The position numbers and the translations under genes were made by a program. A DNA stretch of 58,635 nucleotides, the filler included, from Jimgerdemannia flammicorona (taxonomy: Eukaryota), in the NCBI GenBank assembly GCA_003990765.1. It is 3 parts of 3 records of this genome, joined end to end, with 100 filler letters (N's around TTAATTAATTAA, not from the genome) between each part and the next. Parts side by side here need not be neighbours in the genome. Positions count along the whole stretch, not along the records: positions 1 to 19,484 come from RBNJ01001930.1; 2 more parts are not named here. One strand, 5' to 3'. The notes under the pieces are model-generated. The model searched no databases. It saw nothing but the letters and a program-made list of their open reading frames with translations, and had not been told where the DNA came from. Of the stretch, positions 1-11,960 are shown piece after piece (the stretch's first letter is position 1; each line of letters begins with the position of its first letter).

Positions 1-82
1 GTGGGGGGGGGGGGGGGGGTAGGGGTTGAGTTTCGGAAGTGGAGAGCGAAAGGTGTGTGGGGGGAGACGTATGATGACCCAC

Positions 83-1449
83 CCGCCGGGATTCTCGAAG
101 AATACGGAGATGGGCAGGCACATCCCATCGGCGTAGGAAACGACGGCCTACATGGGATAACATAACAATACGTTGTTGGTGGATACAACATTGGCTCCCA
201 ACGATTAGAACCCCACACCGCCACCACCACCCCACAGAGCGCGCGAAGACCACCCAACATTGCACGCACCTTGAATTCTTTCAGGTTAAACGTCAATTCT
301 ATGTCCCGTTGCACTAGGTAGGTCGCAAAGTCCGACACGTCGAGCGTGAGTTCCGTTTGGAGTGATCTCTTGTCCTCTATACGGCAAAATAAAGATAAAA
401 TAAAATAAATCAATCATCCAACATACTCGAACCCTAAAACATACTACTTCATTCCCTTTCACTCACCTCTTCTCCCTCCCTCGCCCTCCGCCCCTCCCTC
501 GTCCTCCCAGAAGCTCTTGATGTGCACGGCGCGCCCGCCACATGACAGGGTAACCTCCTCGAGCTTGGGATGGAAGTGGGCGGTCCAATCTGCGACGAGG
601 CGTGGATCGACGACCAGGCGGTGCGGGCAAACCTTGGTGTAGACAGCACTCAGTCGGTCGGCCGGGGAGTAGGTTAGCTTGTGTGTTTTGAGTATACCTA
701 GGGGAAGGGGGAGGTCGTTTCTCAAAACCATTTCAGATTGGATTTGCACATAACCAAACCAACACGCACCATATTTGCACACCATCCGGATGATCAGCCT
801 GCATTCGCCGGACCCATCGCCGACGACGATGCTCCCGCCGCCACGGCCCCCGTCGTTAGCGGGGTCCTCGAGCCTCAGCTCGCACCGCTCCACGTTGCGG
901 TCCAGATTGCTCTTGCTGCGGAAGATGGTGGTCAGGGTCTGGTAAGAGGGCGTGAATGTGGTGTACTGTCAACTCGGCACAGAGATCTTCAGTGCTTGCG
1001 ATGCGACTAGTCGCACGCTCGGCATACGATAGTCTTCGCCCTCTTCCCCTCCTCCCCTCCTCCCCTCCTCCTCCTCCCTCCCGTAACGTGGTGTCCACTC
1101 ACCTTTAACAACACCTGACAGATTAACGCCTTGTCCGCGCCGTTTGCAACACCACCGGCGTTGGCATTCTGCCTTGTCTCAACACGATACTCGCCGAAGA
1201 ACTTGGGGAAGAAGCTATAGGTTGCGAACGCCGACCGCGACGAGTTGAGAGTCGAGAGGACCAGCTATAGTTTGGAGTGTATGTGCCTGTGAGCAGTCGA
1301 ACACGAAGAAAGAAATAGTCAGGACAGGGAAACTGGGGAAGGACCTTCTTCTTAGTGGCTTCGATGGTGAGGTCGTCGCCGATCTTGGAGAGGCAGGCGA
1401 GGGCCCTCGAGAAAGTCTTGAGGGACTGGCCAGGTATGACAGCGTTCAT
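83..1449 (-). CDS. rad9: Rad9 subunit of the 9-1-1 DNA-damage checkpoint clamp, 5' part; exons 1449-1345, 1264-1103, 938-770, 697-467, 376-270, 147-83; continues off the left edge
   Basis: Spliced translation with GT-AG introns in consistent phase: MNAVIPGQSLKTFSRALACLSKIGDDLTIEATKKK|LVLSTLNSSRSAFATYSFFPKFFGEY...CQVLLK|TLTTIFR...VERCELRL...ECRLIIRMVCKYG|ILKTHKLTY...HFHPKLEEVTL...|LQTELTLDVSDFATY...LTFNLKEFK|AVVSYADGMCLPISVFFENPG. These are recognisable Rad9-family motifs. Confidence 0.93.
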
Positions 1450-1539
1450 TTCGAATCCTTGGGCCTCGCGCACGCAGTGAAGACACGGGAGGCGCAGTAG
1501 AGGAGTGAAGGAACGGCGCTTCTGTTAATTCGGGGAACA

Positions 1540-1547
1540 TGACGTCA
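1540..1547. promoter_or_regulatory. Perfect ATF/CRE-type palindrome TGACGTCA about 90 nt upstream of the rad9 start codon
   Basis: Motif seen directly. ACGCG (MCB-like) words also occur near 1581 and 1693. Function is inferred only. Confidence 0.3.
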
Positions 1548-2394
1548 TCAGTTGTGGGGTAGCCAAGCTTTTAGCCGTGCACGCGCTGGTCCCTTGCATT
1601 ACCGAAAAAGGCACACGGCAGAGATTCCCGCGTAGCGCTCCGCGGGTGATTTGAAGAAAGCCTGCCCGAAAGGGGTGTTCCATGATTTTCTGCGCGTGTT
1701 TGTACTGTGGCGTAATATCTGGACGGACGGATGGATGAAATGTGAACGATGACCATTACGAGCCGAGTGAGATAAGGGAAGGTGCGGGGCCCCACATGCC
1801 AATACGGAGTGGAGCATACGGGTAGCACTTCTTGATGAGAGAGCGAGCTCAATTGATTCCGTCGATTGAGGGAGAGGGGGGTGGTGAATGTAGTATATAT
1901 GACAACATATTGTGCTAATATTACACAATTACACAAGTTGTGTATCACGAAAATCGCCTATCGGTGACACACTCTCTGGCTGAAATCAGGCAATGGGAGA
2001 AATGGCTACGGGTTTTGGGGTGCGGTCGTACTTTTCGGGATCAAGTACACGTCATGGATGTATGTAACGGCTCGATGTACAGAGTGCCGCTATTGCGTGA
2101 CCTGTCTCACTGCAACACTCGCACGAGGCGGGACGGAGATCCATGTTCGGCACGTCAGAATCTGACTGGGTGGCAAAAGATAAAGACATTTTCCAAGTGG
2201 GCAAGGGACACGATAGGTAGGTGTGCACGAGTGGTTTTAATTTCGATTTGATAGCAAAGCCAACTATACACATACACTTCAACTGTCCCAAGCTAGGATG
2301 CCCCAAGCCCGAAGTTCATTTGGCGTGTCAATTATTCGATCAATGACATGGACATATCGGGATATCAATCAACCAAAGCCCCAGTGAAAGATTC

Positions 2395-2470
2395 CATCCA
2401 CGAACCCACGAGTTCCGCGAATATCCACGAGCATCCACGAGCATCCACGAACATCCACGAATCCCACGAC
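2395..2470. repeat. Degenerate ~10-bp tandem repeat (ATCCACGA core)
   Basis: atccacgaac, ccacgagtt, atccacgagc x2, atccacgaac, atccacgaat, cccacgac in series. Confidence 0.8.
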
Positions 2471-2958
2471 CACACTGCCTCGGGCGATGTTCCACCGCCT
2501 ATTAATTGTAATGGCTACGAAGGACCGAGTATTCCGAAATTGAATACTAATTAACTGTAATGTGTGAAAATAAAATAAAATAATAACAAAATAAAGGAGA
2601 GGTAAGTACTTATTCTCACTATAGAGCCGGATGAGACCAGAATCAGCGGAGCTGTAATGTCGAAATTATCCACGTGGCTCCCCATCCTAGTACGATATTC
2701 CGAAATACTTCGCACGACGGTGAGGTCCGTCAAACGGAGTGATACATCTGGGCTTGTGACTCATTGCGGGAACTCGGTTGTACTTTCTTTGAATTTCCAC
2801 GAACGTCAAGTATGACAGCGGTCGCGTGTCCTGTCCTGTAAACGAAATGCGTGTTTTTTTTGTTAAAAATGGCATGGCAAACGTGGCGTGCTCTGGTATA
2901 TAAATCCTACCACTCTCCACTGTTCTCTTTATCCTAAAGCGATCCTTACCACCGAAGC

Positions 2959-3303
2959 ATGGACCTATCTCCAGGCAACGCAGCCATTGATAGTTCCTCC
3001 AGGAGCCAGCTGGTATTTGTCACAGCCGTCTACGCCTACACCTCTCTCCTCTCCCTTCCCTCAAAGAGCATTATCTGATTCCAATTATCCTCCACATCAC
3101 AGCAAGGTAGCAGCTCAAGTACGCCCACGCTCTGTGCACAAGCACCCAATCCCTCCACCAGCGGGGCGTCTTCCGACGACAATCCTCCCCCCGCCTCGAT
3201 CCCCGTCTCTGCCACGGGCCACGTGTCCATTATCAATATCCTGTTCGACCCGCTAGACTATGGTGGTCTGGACCCTTATAGAGGATTAGCCATCGGTGGA
3301 TAA
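2959..3303 (+). CDS. Predicted small two-exon orphan gene (type II-a), 84 aa; exons 2959-3012 and 3103-3303
   Basis: TATATAAA at 2897; 90-nt phase-0 intron GTATTT...CACAG; exon 2 starts with CAA and stays open to TAA at 3301. Protein MDLSPGNAAIDSSSRSQL|QGSSSST...VSATGHVSIINILFDPLDYGG. The donor site is weak. Confidence 0.5.
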
Positions 3304-3569
3304 GGCTGTTTCAGTTGAAGGTGTTTGGTGTTATTCAGCCGTCGTTTCGACCTACAATTAATCGCCCTCGTGAAATTCAAGGTTTTCACACGACGCCGAG
3401 GACAATGAGTGTCTGCGATGTAATGAAAATAGCAGATGCTACTCTATAGCATTTGCATTCGCATTCCTCGCTTTTTTTTTTTTTTTTTTTTCCCCCCGAG
3501 GGGGGAACATTTGGAGAATTCAAAATTTTTTTTTTTTTAGCATCACCATTTTTATTTAAGAGCAATCTC

Positions 3570-3611
<42 letters not shown>

Positions 3612-4316
3612 CACCCTTTTTATGCGCGCACCAAGTTATGTAATGAATAGCTATCTACAGAAAAATGTTGGAAAAAAATGTTGAATCATGCACCAATGTA
3701 GTCGTGAGCCAGTGGCGCGAGTGTGTTTTAGCATATGTTACTTGCCTGGCCGTTGAAGCGAAGGGCCAGTTTCAAGATAGAACCTCTGAACGTCACCAGT
3801 CATCCCGAGATCCCAGTTCTGCATGTTACATTGGCGTCAGACAAGCGGATGTAACGTTGTAACAACGAAGTATAGCAGATAGCCCCCAAGATGTGTATGC
3901 TTCAGGAGGCGGGAAAGGGGGGTGGGGGGGGGGGGGGGCTAGCGAAGAGAGAAGAAGGAAGGATTAATTTATGACCGCCATTTTAATTCAGCCCAATTGG
4001 AGCTCCTAGCACCTTGCCTGCTCCCATATATGATTAACTCTTTCCAAAATGCATATATCTCCGCATTATTAAAAGGCGTTTAAGTGCTTGAGTCACCAAG
4101 CATCCTTGAGGCCTTGAGGAACCACGTGGTAATTAGCGGGTAGCGGTGACGTTATCGATTAGAAATGACACACCAACTGATTAAACTGATTAGAAATGAT
4201 CCTTTTTTTATACCAGCTATCGAATAATATTATTGGAATGATTCTGTTCCGGACACATTACTTTCTCGTTTTTTGTTTTGTGCGCTTCTGATAATAATAA
4301 TAACAAAAAGAAAGAG

Positions 4317-4375
<59 letters not shown>

Positions 4376-5451
4376 GTAAGCTCCCAACAAAGGTTTTTGT
4401 ATCCCAACCACTTCGCTGCCAGCAACACATCATTTTTGTCTCTAAGATTAGGTTCATATTCCGAGAATCACCAAACGACCCACGTCATTCGTGTTGAATG
4501 TATGGCACAGGGGCGATGGGACTACAAATAAAAACAGAAAATCTCATTCAAGCGTGATCCTTGGCTTAAACAGGAAAAGAAAAAAGACGCGGTTGGAGGT
4601 CAAGGACCAGATTGTTTCACATTTACGGTGAAGAGTCGGTGCTCGTGCCGCGAATTGTTAAGACAGGCGAGGAACAGCTTCTACTTGGGAGGCAACAGGG
4701 GTCAGCGGACGTAGATATAGGTACCATCGCAGAAGGGAAACCTCGTATTCCATTCTATTTAGCAACGGTTCCGCCGGTGAAGGACGTGATATATTTAGGA
4801 GACACTAGTAAAAATTCCCTTAGCTCTTGTGATTATGTCAGCTGGTCGAAGGCCGAAGGCTCAAATACAAAGGGGCAATAGAGATAGACGAGCAAACGTC
4901 CCGACATCAGTTGACCTAATATATTTATGTGTGGCGATGGCGCGCCCCGATGTTAGAAGTCAAGCTTTTATGGCAGCCGCCCTATAGCGGCAAGCCGGCG
5001 CGCTTTTGCAAGATTCCGACGAATGCATTAATGCCTATTACGTTATTACGTATCCCTCAGAAACTGTGATCTTGCGAGGTGCAAACTGCTGATTGACCCA
5101 TTAGGCCGTAATGGATAAAAGATAGGGTGAGAGTTTCCGTTTCCACGAGGTTCACAAAACAACCCACAATTCATGGCCTTCCCAATTCTTTTCACACGTG
5201 ACCAGTAGGTTAAAATTGCTCTCACCACCTCACGTATAGAAAGCAAGATTTTATCTCCTGACTCTGCACAAGGGAAATGACCTCAAGTCTCTAATAAGCT
5301 AAGAGGTGCCATCGTAAGCAAAAAGAACCGATGTGACGACAACGAACTCCGACATTCAGCAAAGCGTAGGATACTTTATTTTTGATTGTAGCCATATAAA
5401 GTAACAGCGCCTTCCTGAAACCCATTTAATATTCTGGAAAAGCTACTCGTA

Positions 5452-5560
5452 GCTCGTCTGCCCATACGAACGATCCCCTTCACGCCTTGTTGAGGTGCTT
5501 CAGGAACTGATCGAGCGCATAATTCGTGTAGCAGATATACAAAATCGGGCCGCATCTCAT
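5452..5560 (-). pseudogene. Frameshifted fragment of a ZNFX1/Upf1-like SF1 helicase (motif Ia region)
   Basis: Minus-strand translation PILYICYTNYALDQFLKHL, then a frameshift to VKGIVRMGRR. This resembles the ZNFX1-type motif PILVVCYTNHALDQFLE...IVRIG. A possible LIQG remnant lies near 5810. Confidence 0.6.
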
Positions 5561-6126
5561 CTTGGGTATGTTCTGATTTCGAGGTTTGCTTTCCGATCCT
5601 TCCCGAGGAACGGGGAAAAAAAGTAGAGTAGAAAAGATCCGAATATTGGAGCATGTTTAACCACCTCCTATGTCGCGTTGTGCGGAATAGCGACTATGAT
5701 TCGACTCAGACAGCCTCGCGTAAAGGCCAAAAAATGTTCCTGTCAAATCGTGTTCACTGGGTGCGTTTATCTTTTTTTTCGAAGCTTTAGCTTGAAACGA
5801 TACACCCCTTGAATGAGTTAAACTAAATACTAAAATATCACGAATTCAGCATGGCATTGTGCAAATTGCTCATTTGGATCTGAGGTGTATAGTTACACCA
5901 GATCGAGATGTTACGCCTCGGGCATACGCAAAAGACATTTGCTATAGGGTATCAGTATCTGATCGTTCTCGGTTGCAATTCGAGCTGTGATCACCAATGC
6001 CTCTCTAATATAAATTCCGGGTTCGATGGGTGTTATGGATTTTCACCAAAACTTGGAAAGAAAGCGGTTATTGCACCGACTATACTCTTGCCTTGGTCTC
6101 CTTCTTCTGTACCCGTATCAACCACG

Positions 6127-6602
6127 ATGTCATTCGAAATCGACAACACTGACCAATTGCCTGACGTCGTTATGCCCAATCTTTTAGGGGATGTACGTAA
6201 CATTTTATCAACTTTTCCGTACTTCCTTTCTCACTCCCAATTTAAGGAGAATCCTCACTTTGGAACCTCTGATTTCCATAACAGCAGCAAGAAATACAGA
6301 CGAGCGTCCAGACACCGTTCATCCGCCGTATTAGCATCACACCCACAAATCAAGAACAGCTAATTGGTACCCTGACAGCTCACTTGAACTCTGAGCTTGC
6401 CACCCTTCGAGATTTTTTGCAGTCCGATGAATGGGCAACTATAGAGAGTGCGATTGATTCGGCTGGCATGGATGCCTTTGAAGACGAACTTCGAAGACAG
6501 CCGGCAGATGTGGCTGTGTGCATTGTGGCTGGACCCGACGGAGTTACGGTGCTCTTAGTCATCGCTTTCATTGCTGTTTGCCTCCATATCATTCGTCACT
6601 GA
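6127..6602 (+). CDS. Small two-exon orphan gene, family I copy A, 127 aa; exons 6127-6192 and 6285-6602
   Basis: TATAAA at 6009; 92-nt phase-0 intron GTACGT...AACAG; exon 2 is in frame with ORF 6384-6602. The C-terminal domain is homologous to those of the genes at 9482 and 17011. Confidence 0.75.
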
Positions 6603-8529
6603 GGCTCGCCCGAATTAGATTGGAAACTTCTCTAGATTTTACCCATTCCAAACCTATTCATAGAATTTAAGAGACTTCGCTAATGCACTTCCTTATTTCA
6701 CTTTTCTGGATTATGCCATCCCCCTTTATGCCCATTATTGCTAGCTTCCATGATTTCATTTATACTCCACCCATGTGTATAGATCTTAGACAATTTGTCC
6801 ATTAATAAACAATCCACCTTTTATATGCACGGACAACAAGACCTTTAACAAACTTATATAATGACTATAAGTGGCCGCGGACCGTAAAGCCGAAGATTGG
6901 GCGTGGATTTTCGCCAACGAAGCTCCTGTTCGAGCAAAGCCATTTTGCTGCAAAAACGTAGCAACAGAGCATTCACCATTTTTGGCTTGTATCATTGGCG
7001 ACGGATCGGCTCACAGAGTACGCCCACATATATATCCAGGCAGAACCGCGTGTAAAATAATAGACCACGGTTTAAACATTCGGCGTTAGCGGTGGCGACG
7101 TGTGACAGGGACGATAGGAAGTATATACAAGAGACGTGCGGGGTAATCGTGCCACAGACAATTTATTTCACCCAACCATATTCTCCTCCAAACTGTTGAA
7201 ATTCTTTGTTAGGTTAGGAAACAAGAAGCGCATCAAGGAAGAAAACATACAGATAGAAGGGAAACCGTGCAAAGCCGACTTTGGCGATGGATTCGATTAT
7301 GGCACGAGCAGCCTGTGCTACATGTTGGTCGATTTGAATGCCAGTATTTGGTGGGGATGCAGGACAGGATCTGTATGATCCATATGTGACCAGCTGACAC
7401 AATGACACATTGGTTAGGGAGGTGTTTGTGATCCTCAACGACCCTAGAACACCAATGCCAAGAGTTGCTTAAATAAAAGATCGAACAAAAACCAATTTTT
7501 TATTTTTTATTTTAATAATAATAAAATACACCGAACCACGATAAGCGAAGGGGTGGGGATGGGAATCAATGAATGCTTAGAACAATCGCCTGTAAAGCTT
7601 CTCACGACAGTACGAGAGCTAAACATGGCACAAGCCGTCGGTTGGTGTCAATAGAAAGACCGATCCTTTGACGAGAACGAAATCCCATTATGAAAGCCGG
7701 GCATTAGCTAATCACACCAGGTCTTAAAAAAGCAATTCTTATCGCTTAGTTGATCTGATCGAATATCTCACATCAGCCGTAGACACGATATTTAGACTTC
7801 ACCGACTACCTCGCTGTCTTCACATCAACGCATCCCCTATTTCTAACGGAAGTTCTGCCGCAACTGCTGATTTACTATACAATTAGCAACAGGCATTTTT
7901 CTTGACATTTCTCGATTATATATATATATATATATAATGAGGTTATGCAATGGGGAATTTCCCGAGTTGTGGGATGACTCATCCTAGCTATGATCGCATG
8001 GCTACATCAAATCATAATGCCAATAGGAATTCGCAACACGAAATTCACTTAGCGATATTGGAGTATTAGAAGTCCGTGTCTTTTGATTGGCTTGGTGGCA
8101 TGTATGTGTAAGCAAGGGCAATTCGTATATTATTGGTGAGCAAATTGTGCGCTCCAAGATCACATAAATCGCTTTTGCTCATTCGCCGATCACGATTACA
8201 ACGCCGTCTAATTCTCGCGGCATACAATGGCTTCGTTTTCAAAATCAACACGAGGATCAGCATATTCGTCGGTCCGAAAATAGCCGTATCGCCACAGTCA
8301 GTGGCACGGATGGTGATCCCCATGTTCTGACGGTCCTTGTCCCGATCACGTTGGTTCTGGCCGGTGCTTGTTCTAGACCGATTGGTTCTCTGCAGTTCTA
8401 CCACTGAAGCGTGGTGTGCTGGAAAGGGGCAGCTGATCAAAGAAAATCTGCAACTCTCAGGCGAGCGATGTAGCACAGACTGAACAGCAATCTTGTATTG
8501 CTGAGCCTGCAGAATGTCAAATGAGGATA

Positions 8530-8940
8530 TAAGTTGCTAAAATAAATAACACAAGCACATTAACTCAGATATAAAGTCTACTATATATGCTAGAACTTTG
8601 TGAGATTGATATAGTATGAGACATTTATTTATTAAATAATCTTTCAGACTGAATTACTTATATTAAACAGTGATATGAGGTAAAATATCATATAATAATA
8701 TTAATTTACCTTTACTTCAATAATGACAATATCTCTAATAAATTAAATGAATTAAATAAAAAAATCTGACTAAAAATTTAATTTAGTTAAATAATCTTAA
8801 ATTAAATTTGAAATAGAATAAGTTTTAATTTAAATTAACTTAAAATTAACTTAATAGTAAAAATTTAAATAAATAAATAAATAAATAAATATTAATAAAA
8901 TTAATTTTATTATTATCATTATTATTATTATATTCTATAC
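8530..8940. other. Very AT-rich, CpG-free island, probably a hypermutated small transposon relic
   Basis: Abrupt composition change inside otherwise CpG-containing DNA, with TAAA and TTA microsatellites at the right end. Confidence 0.45.
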
Positions 8941-9481
8941 TCGACGAACAAATGATGATGTCACCAGTGGCTTGAACGTGTTGCACATAGGTCTGTATCA
9001 CTTAGCGAACCAATCATCAAAACAAGGCTTTTAATATCGGGTCACCAGCTCTCTTGGAGGCTTTTTAAACGGACAGGTCGAATATCGCAGATTTGTGGTG
9101 GGCTCAATATCAAATATTTGCACTAACTCCGTCGAGTCGTTTGCATGTTTGTGAGCATAGCCCGAAATTTCAATAAGAGATAAGGGCGCCTCGGTATATC
9201 ACGCCAGGCCTCCGACTGCCCAGGCAGCATAGGAAACAACCTCACGATTTCCGGGCACGTGCTCCGACCATGTGGAGATCCAAGAACCGAGAACTCAGGA
9301 TGATTGGTCATGAGGGTCCACAACGACACGTTCGTTCTCGGAAACCTGAAATATGCCACCAATGAGCCCGTTGCCAGGTACTTTTTTTTTTTTCATGATG
9401 TTAGATCCTCAAGTGTAGGCTTTGGGGCGCCTGGCATAAAACCCCACCTCATCTCACAAACACCATTTAGCTTTTACGGAA

Positions 9482-10070
9482 ATGCTTTACACGGAGACGA
9501 CTACGCAACAGGTGAGGATCCGTCCCCTTTTTCCATTTTATTTTATTTTCCACCACGACAAATGTTCTGAACCTTGCCCATTATATTCGCTTTGCATCAT
9601 AGCAACTCACCACCAGCTCAACCAATCCTCTTGACCATAAGAATCCGTTGATGTCTTCCCCGACCCCTCATGACTCTCCGGAACTTCCTCGAGTGGCCAC
9701 GCAACTCCCGTCGAACAACGACAAACTATCGCGCGCCTTGCAGCCGGGTTCAAATAGCGCACACACCGAGCACCCCCAAAGGAACGAAGCTTGGGCGGTT
9801 GATAGCGCCGCCGCTCGCTGGGATCACGACTTCGCGGCCCTTTGTGAATATTTTTGGTCCGACGAATTTGCTGCCTTCTTGGACAGCATTGACGAACCCA
9901 GCAACATGGTTGACTTCGACGCAGAGATTCGAAACATCTCCAGTCAGCCTGCAAATTCCGTTATAAACCAGACGCCGGTCAGCGTCCACGTCATTACTGG
10001 TGCCCGTGAGGCTGTAGTCAACCTCATCTTTCCTTTCATCGTCGTTACGATCTACATTCGTCGTGCTTGA
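9482..10070 (+). CDS. Small two-exon orphan gene, family I copy B, 165 aa; exons 9482-9511 and 9603-10070
   Basis: CATAAAA at 9435; MLYTETTTQQ, then a 91-nt phase-0 intron GTGAGG...CATAG; exon 2 is in frame with ORF 9648-10070; shared C-terminal domain. Confidence 0.78.
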
Positions 10071-11449
10071 CTTCCACTCAAGGTCAGACCGGAAGACAAC
10101 GTTTATACCCGTTTGATATATCAAGTTTGGGAAGCCTAGGAATCCATTCGCACTATTATCGCCGTAGGTTGTGATATAGGTTTAAAATTAGATTGTTTAT
10201 ATTTATGGTTTATTCTGAATTTCCAAGTAAATTTCGGGACAATTGTAAAAATAAAATCTTTATGCATGCATTATGCTTGGGGGGACAGTATGAGCCCCCC
10301 TACAAAGTTATAAAGTTTACCATGCAACTTAAAGCGGGGAAATTTTAGGACGCTGCCACTAGTAATCGGGCCACCGACATCGTCATGAGCACCACGTGAG
10401 CGGGCACATTTACTTTAATTATATATTTGGAATTAATAGCCCAAATAGCGAGAGGGCTAAGAGCCAAGGAGCGGGCGATTGAAACTCAGATACCGGATTT
10501 CCTTTGTCACAAATTGCGGGGCCCCGCACCCGCCGACGTTCCGATCATGATTACGCTTTAGATCCATAGAGCTTATCTGCTAAACATACAAACAACACAC
10601 AGGCCGCCCTATGCCATTTCGGCCTATGCCATTTACAATCCGGAATTGGAGAAATCGGGACCGTAGAACTTCACTTTGGAACACGCGCTTCCGTTGAGCG
10701 GATTCCAGAAAAATCGGTTTTCGGGCGAGAACCATAGAACTTGACATTGGAACATACGCTTCTACTGAGCTCGACCGCAAATTAGATTCATGGTAAGGGC
10801 TGGCTCTTGGATAATGTGCGAAGTCGGACGGGAACGGATATGTAACCCACTTACAGGTTCGTGCTATTGATACTAGTCGTACTGTTAGGTAAAGTTTAAA
10901 CCGTTTTCACGTGGCCTAAACTCAGAGAGGCTCATAACTGTGAATCCTTAATGCACATCGCCCATCTAGTTTTTACAATTCTCACGTGGACCTTGGTAGG
11001 TATGATAAACTATTGGAATTGCTCTCAAGGTTGGCAAAACCTTATGGGTTTTTACGTACGCAAGAATATAACCCTTAGAGTCTCAGAATTTTGGTGACGT
11101 ATTGGAAATGGAGGTTTAATGATGTGGCTTGAGATGATTTTGCTAGTGGCGTCGTGTGATAATAGTTACAGAATACAGTTTTCATTTCGTAACGGGAGGA
11201 AAGGTGGCTAGAAGGGTCGTTTGGCAGGTAAAGTTCCAGAGATCAAAGGAATACTATGTTGCTGGCGAACAATACACGCCCGATAACGCCGTGTGTTCAT
11301 ACCATTTCGGAAGTCTATCTCGCGAATTAGCGACGTTTGTGTGACAACGGAGGCTTGGTCGCATTGTCAGCCAAATTAAAGTCACCCCTTGAAAAAACGC
11401 CTCTTGGACACCCTTCACGGAATCACAGCAGGAAAAGGTGAGCGAGAAT

Positions 11450-11960
11450 AGCAACCAAACCTCACACGCTGATCGCAGATACCAACAAAAGACTTACATC
11501 CCTTCCTCCTTAGATATAAACCTTTCACACTATCACACTATGTCTACGGAGCCACAGGACGAGGTAAGGTAGCAGTAGCAACCAAACGTCACACACACTG
11601 ATCGCAGCTACCAACAAATGACTTACTTGCATTCTGAACCTTCTCGCTTAACAGCAAGTGCCGAGAACCGTTTCGACCCAAGATAGTCCACACCTGGACC
11701 CCTCGGCCGGAATCCTACATGACCAAACCACCGTCGGAATCGGGCACGTCCAACAAATAACAGTAATGGACCTCGACATTACGGCCATCATGACGTTGGA
11801 GATCGAGGGAGATGTTGACATGGCGAGCGTGCAGGCTTGGAACCCAATAGTCAAGGGTAACCTAAGAAAGAAGATGACGAAAGGCGGATGAGGGATACCA
11901 TAGCGAGCGTGCAGGCTTGGATCCCGATCGTCAAGGGTAACCTATGAAAGATGACGAGAA
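11450..11960. repeat. Two short imperfect direct duplications (~50 bp at 11450 and 11577; ~63 bp at 11819 and 11899)
   Basis: agcaaccaaac.tcacac..ctgatcgcag.taccaacaaa.gacttac occurs twice; cat.gcgagcgtgcaggcttgga.ccc.at.gtcaagggtaaccta occurs twice. Confidence 0.85.
11540..11891 (+). CDS. Predicted small two-exon orphan gene (type II-b), 86 aa; exons 11540-11563 and 11655-11891
   Basis: TATAAA at 11515; MSTEPQDE, then a 91-nt phase-0 intron GTAAGG...AACAG; exon 2 starts with CAA in frame with ORF 11658-11891 (VGIGHVQQITVMDLD). Confidence 0.55.

Noticed and set aside
3453..4497. Poly-Phe and poly-Lys ORFs over long T/A homopolymers
   Set aside because: Mononucleotide tracts in intergenic DNA produce spurious ORFs.
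5908..6363. 151-aa ORF from the track
   Set aside because: Better explained as exon 1 of family I copy A read through its promoter and intron.
6790..7380. Minus-strand exon-like segments around a plausible GTATGT...CTAAC...AACAG intron
   Set aside because: Could not assemble an open spliced frame or recognise a product.
8066..8476. Minus-strand ORF with faint LINE endonuclease-like words (VVELQ, IALAYTYMPP)
   Set aside because: Too few motifs and no RT nearby; a profile search is needed.
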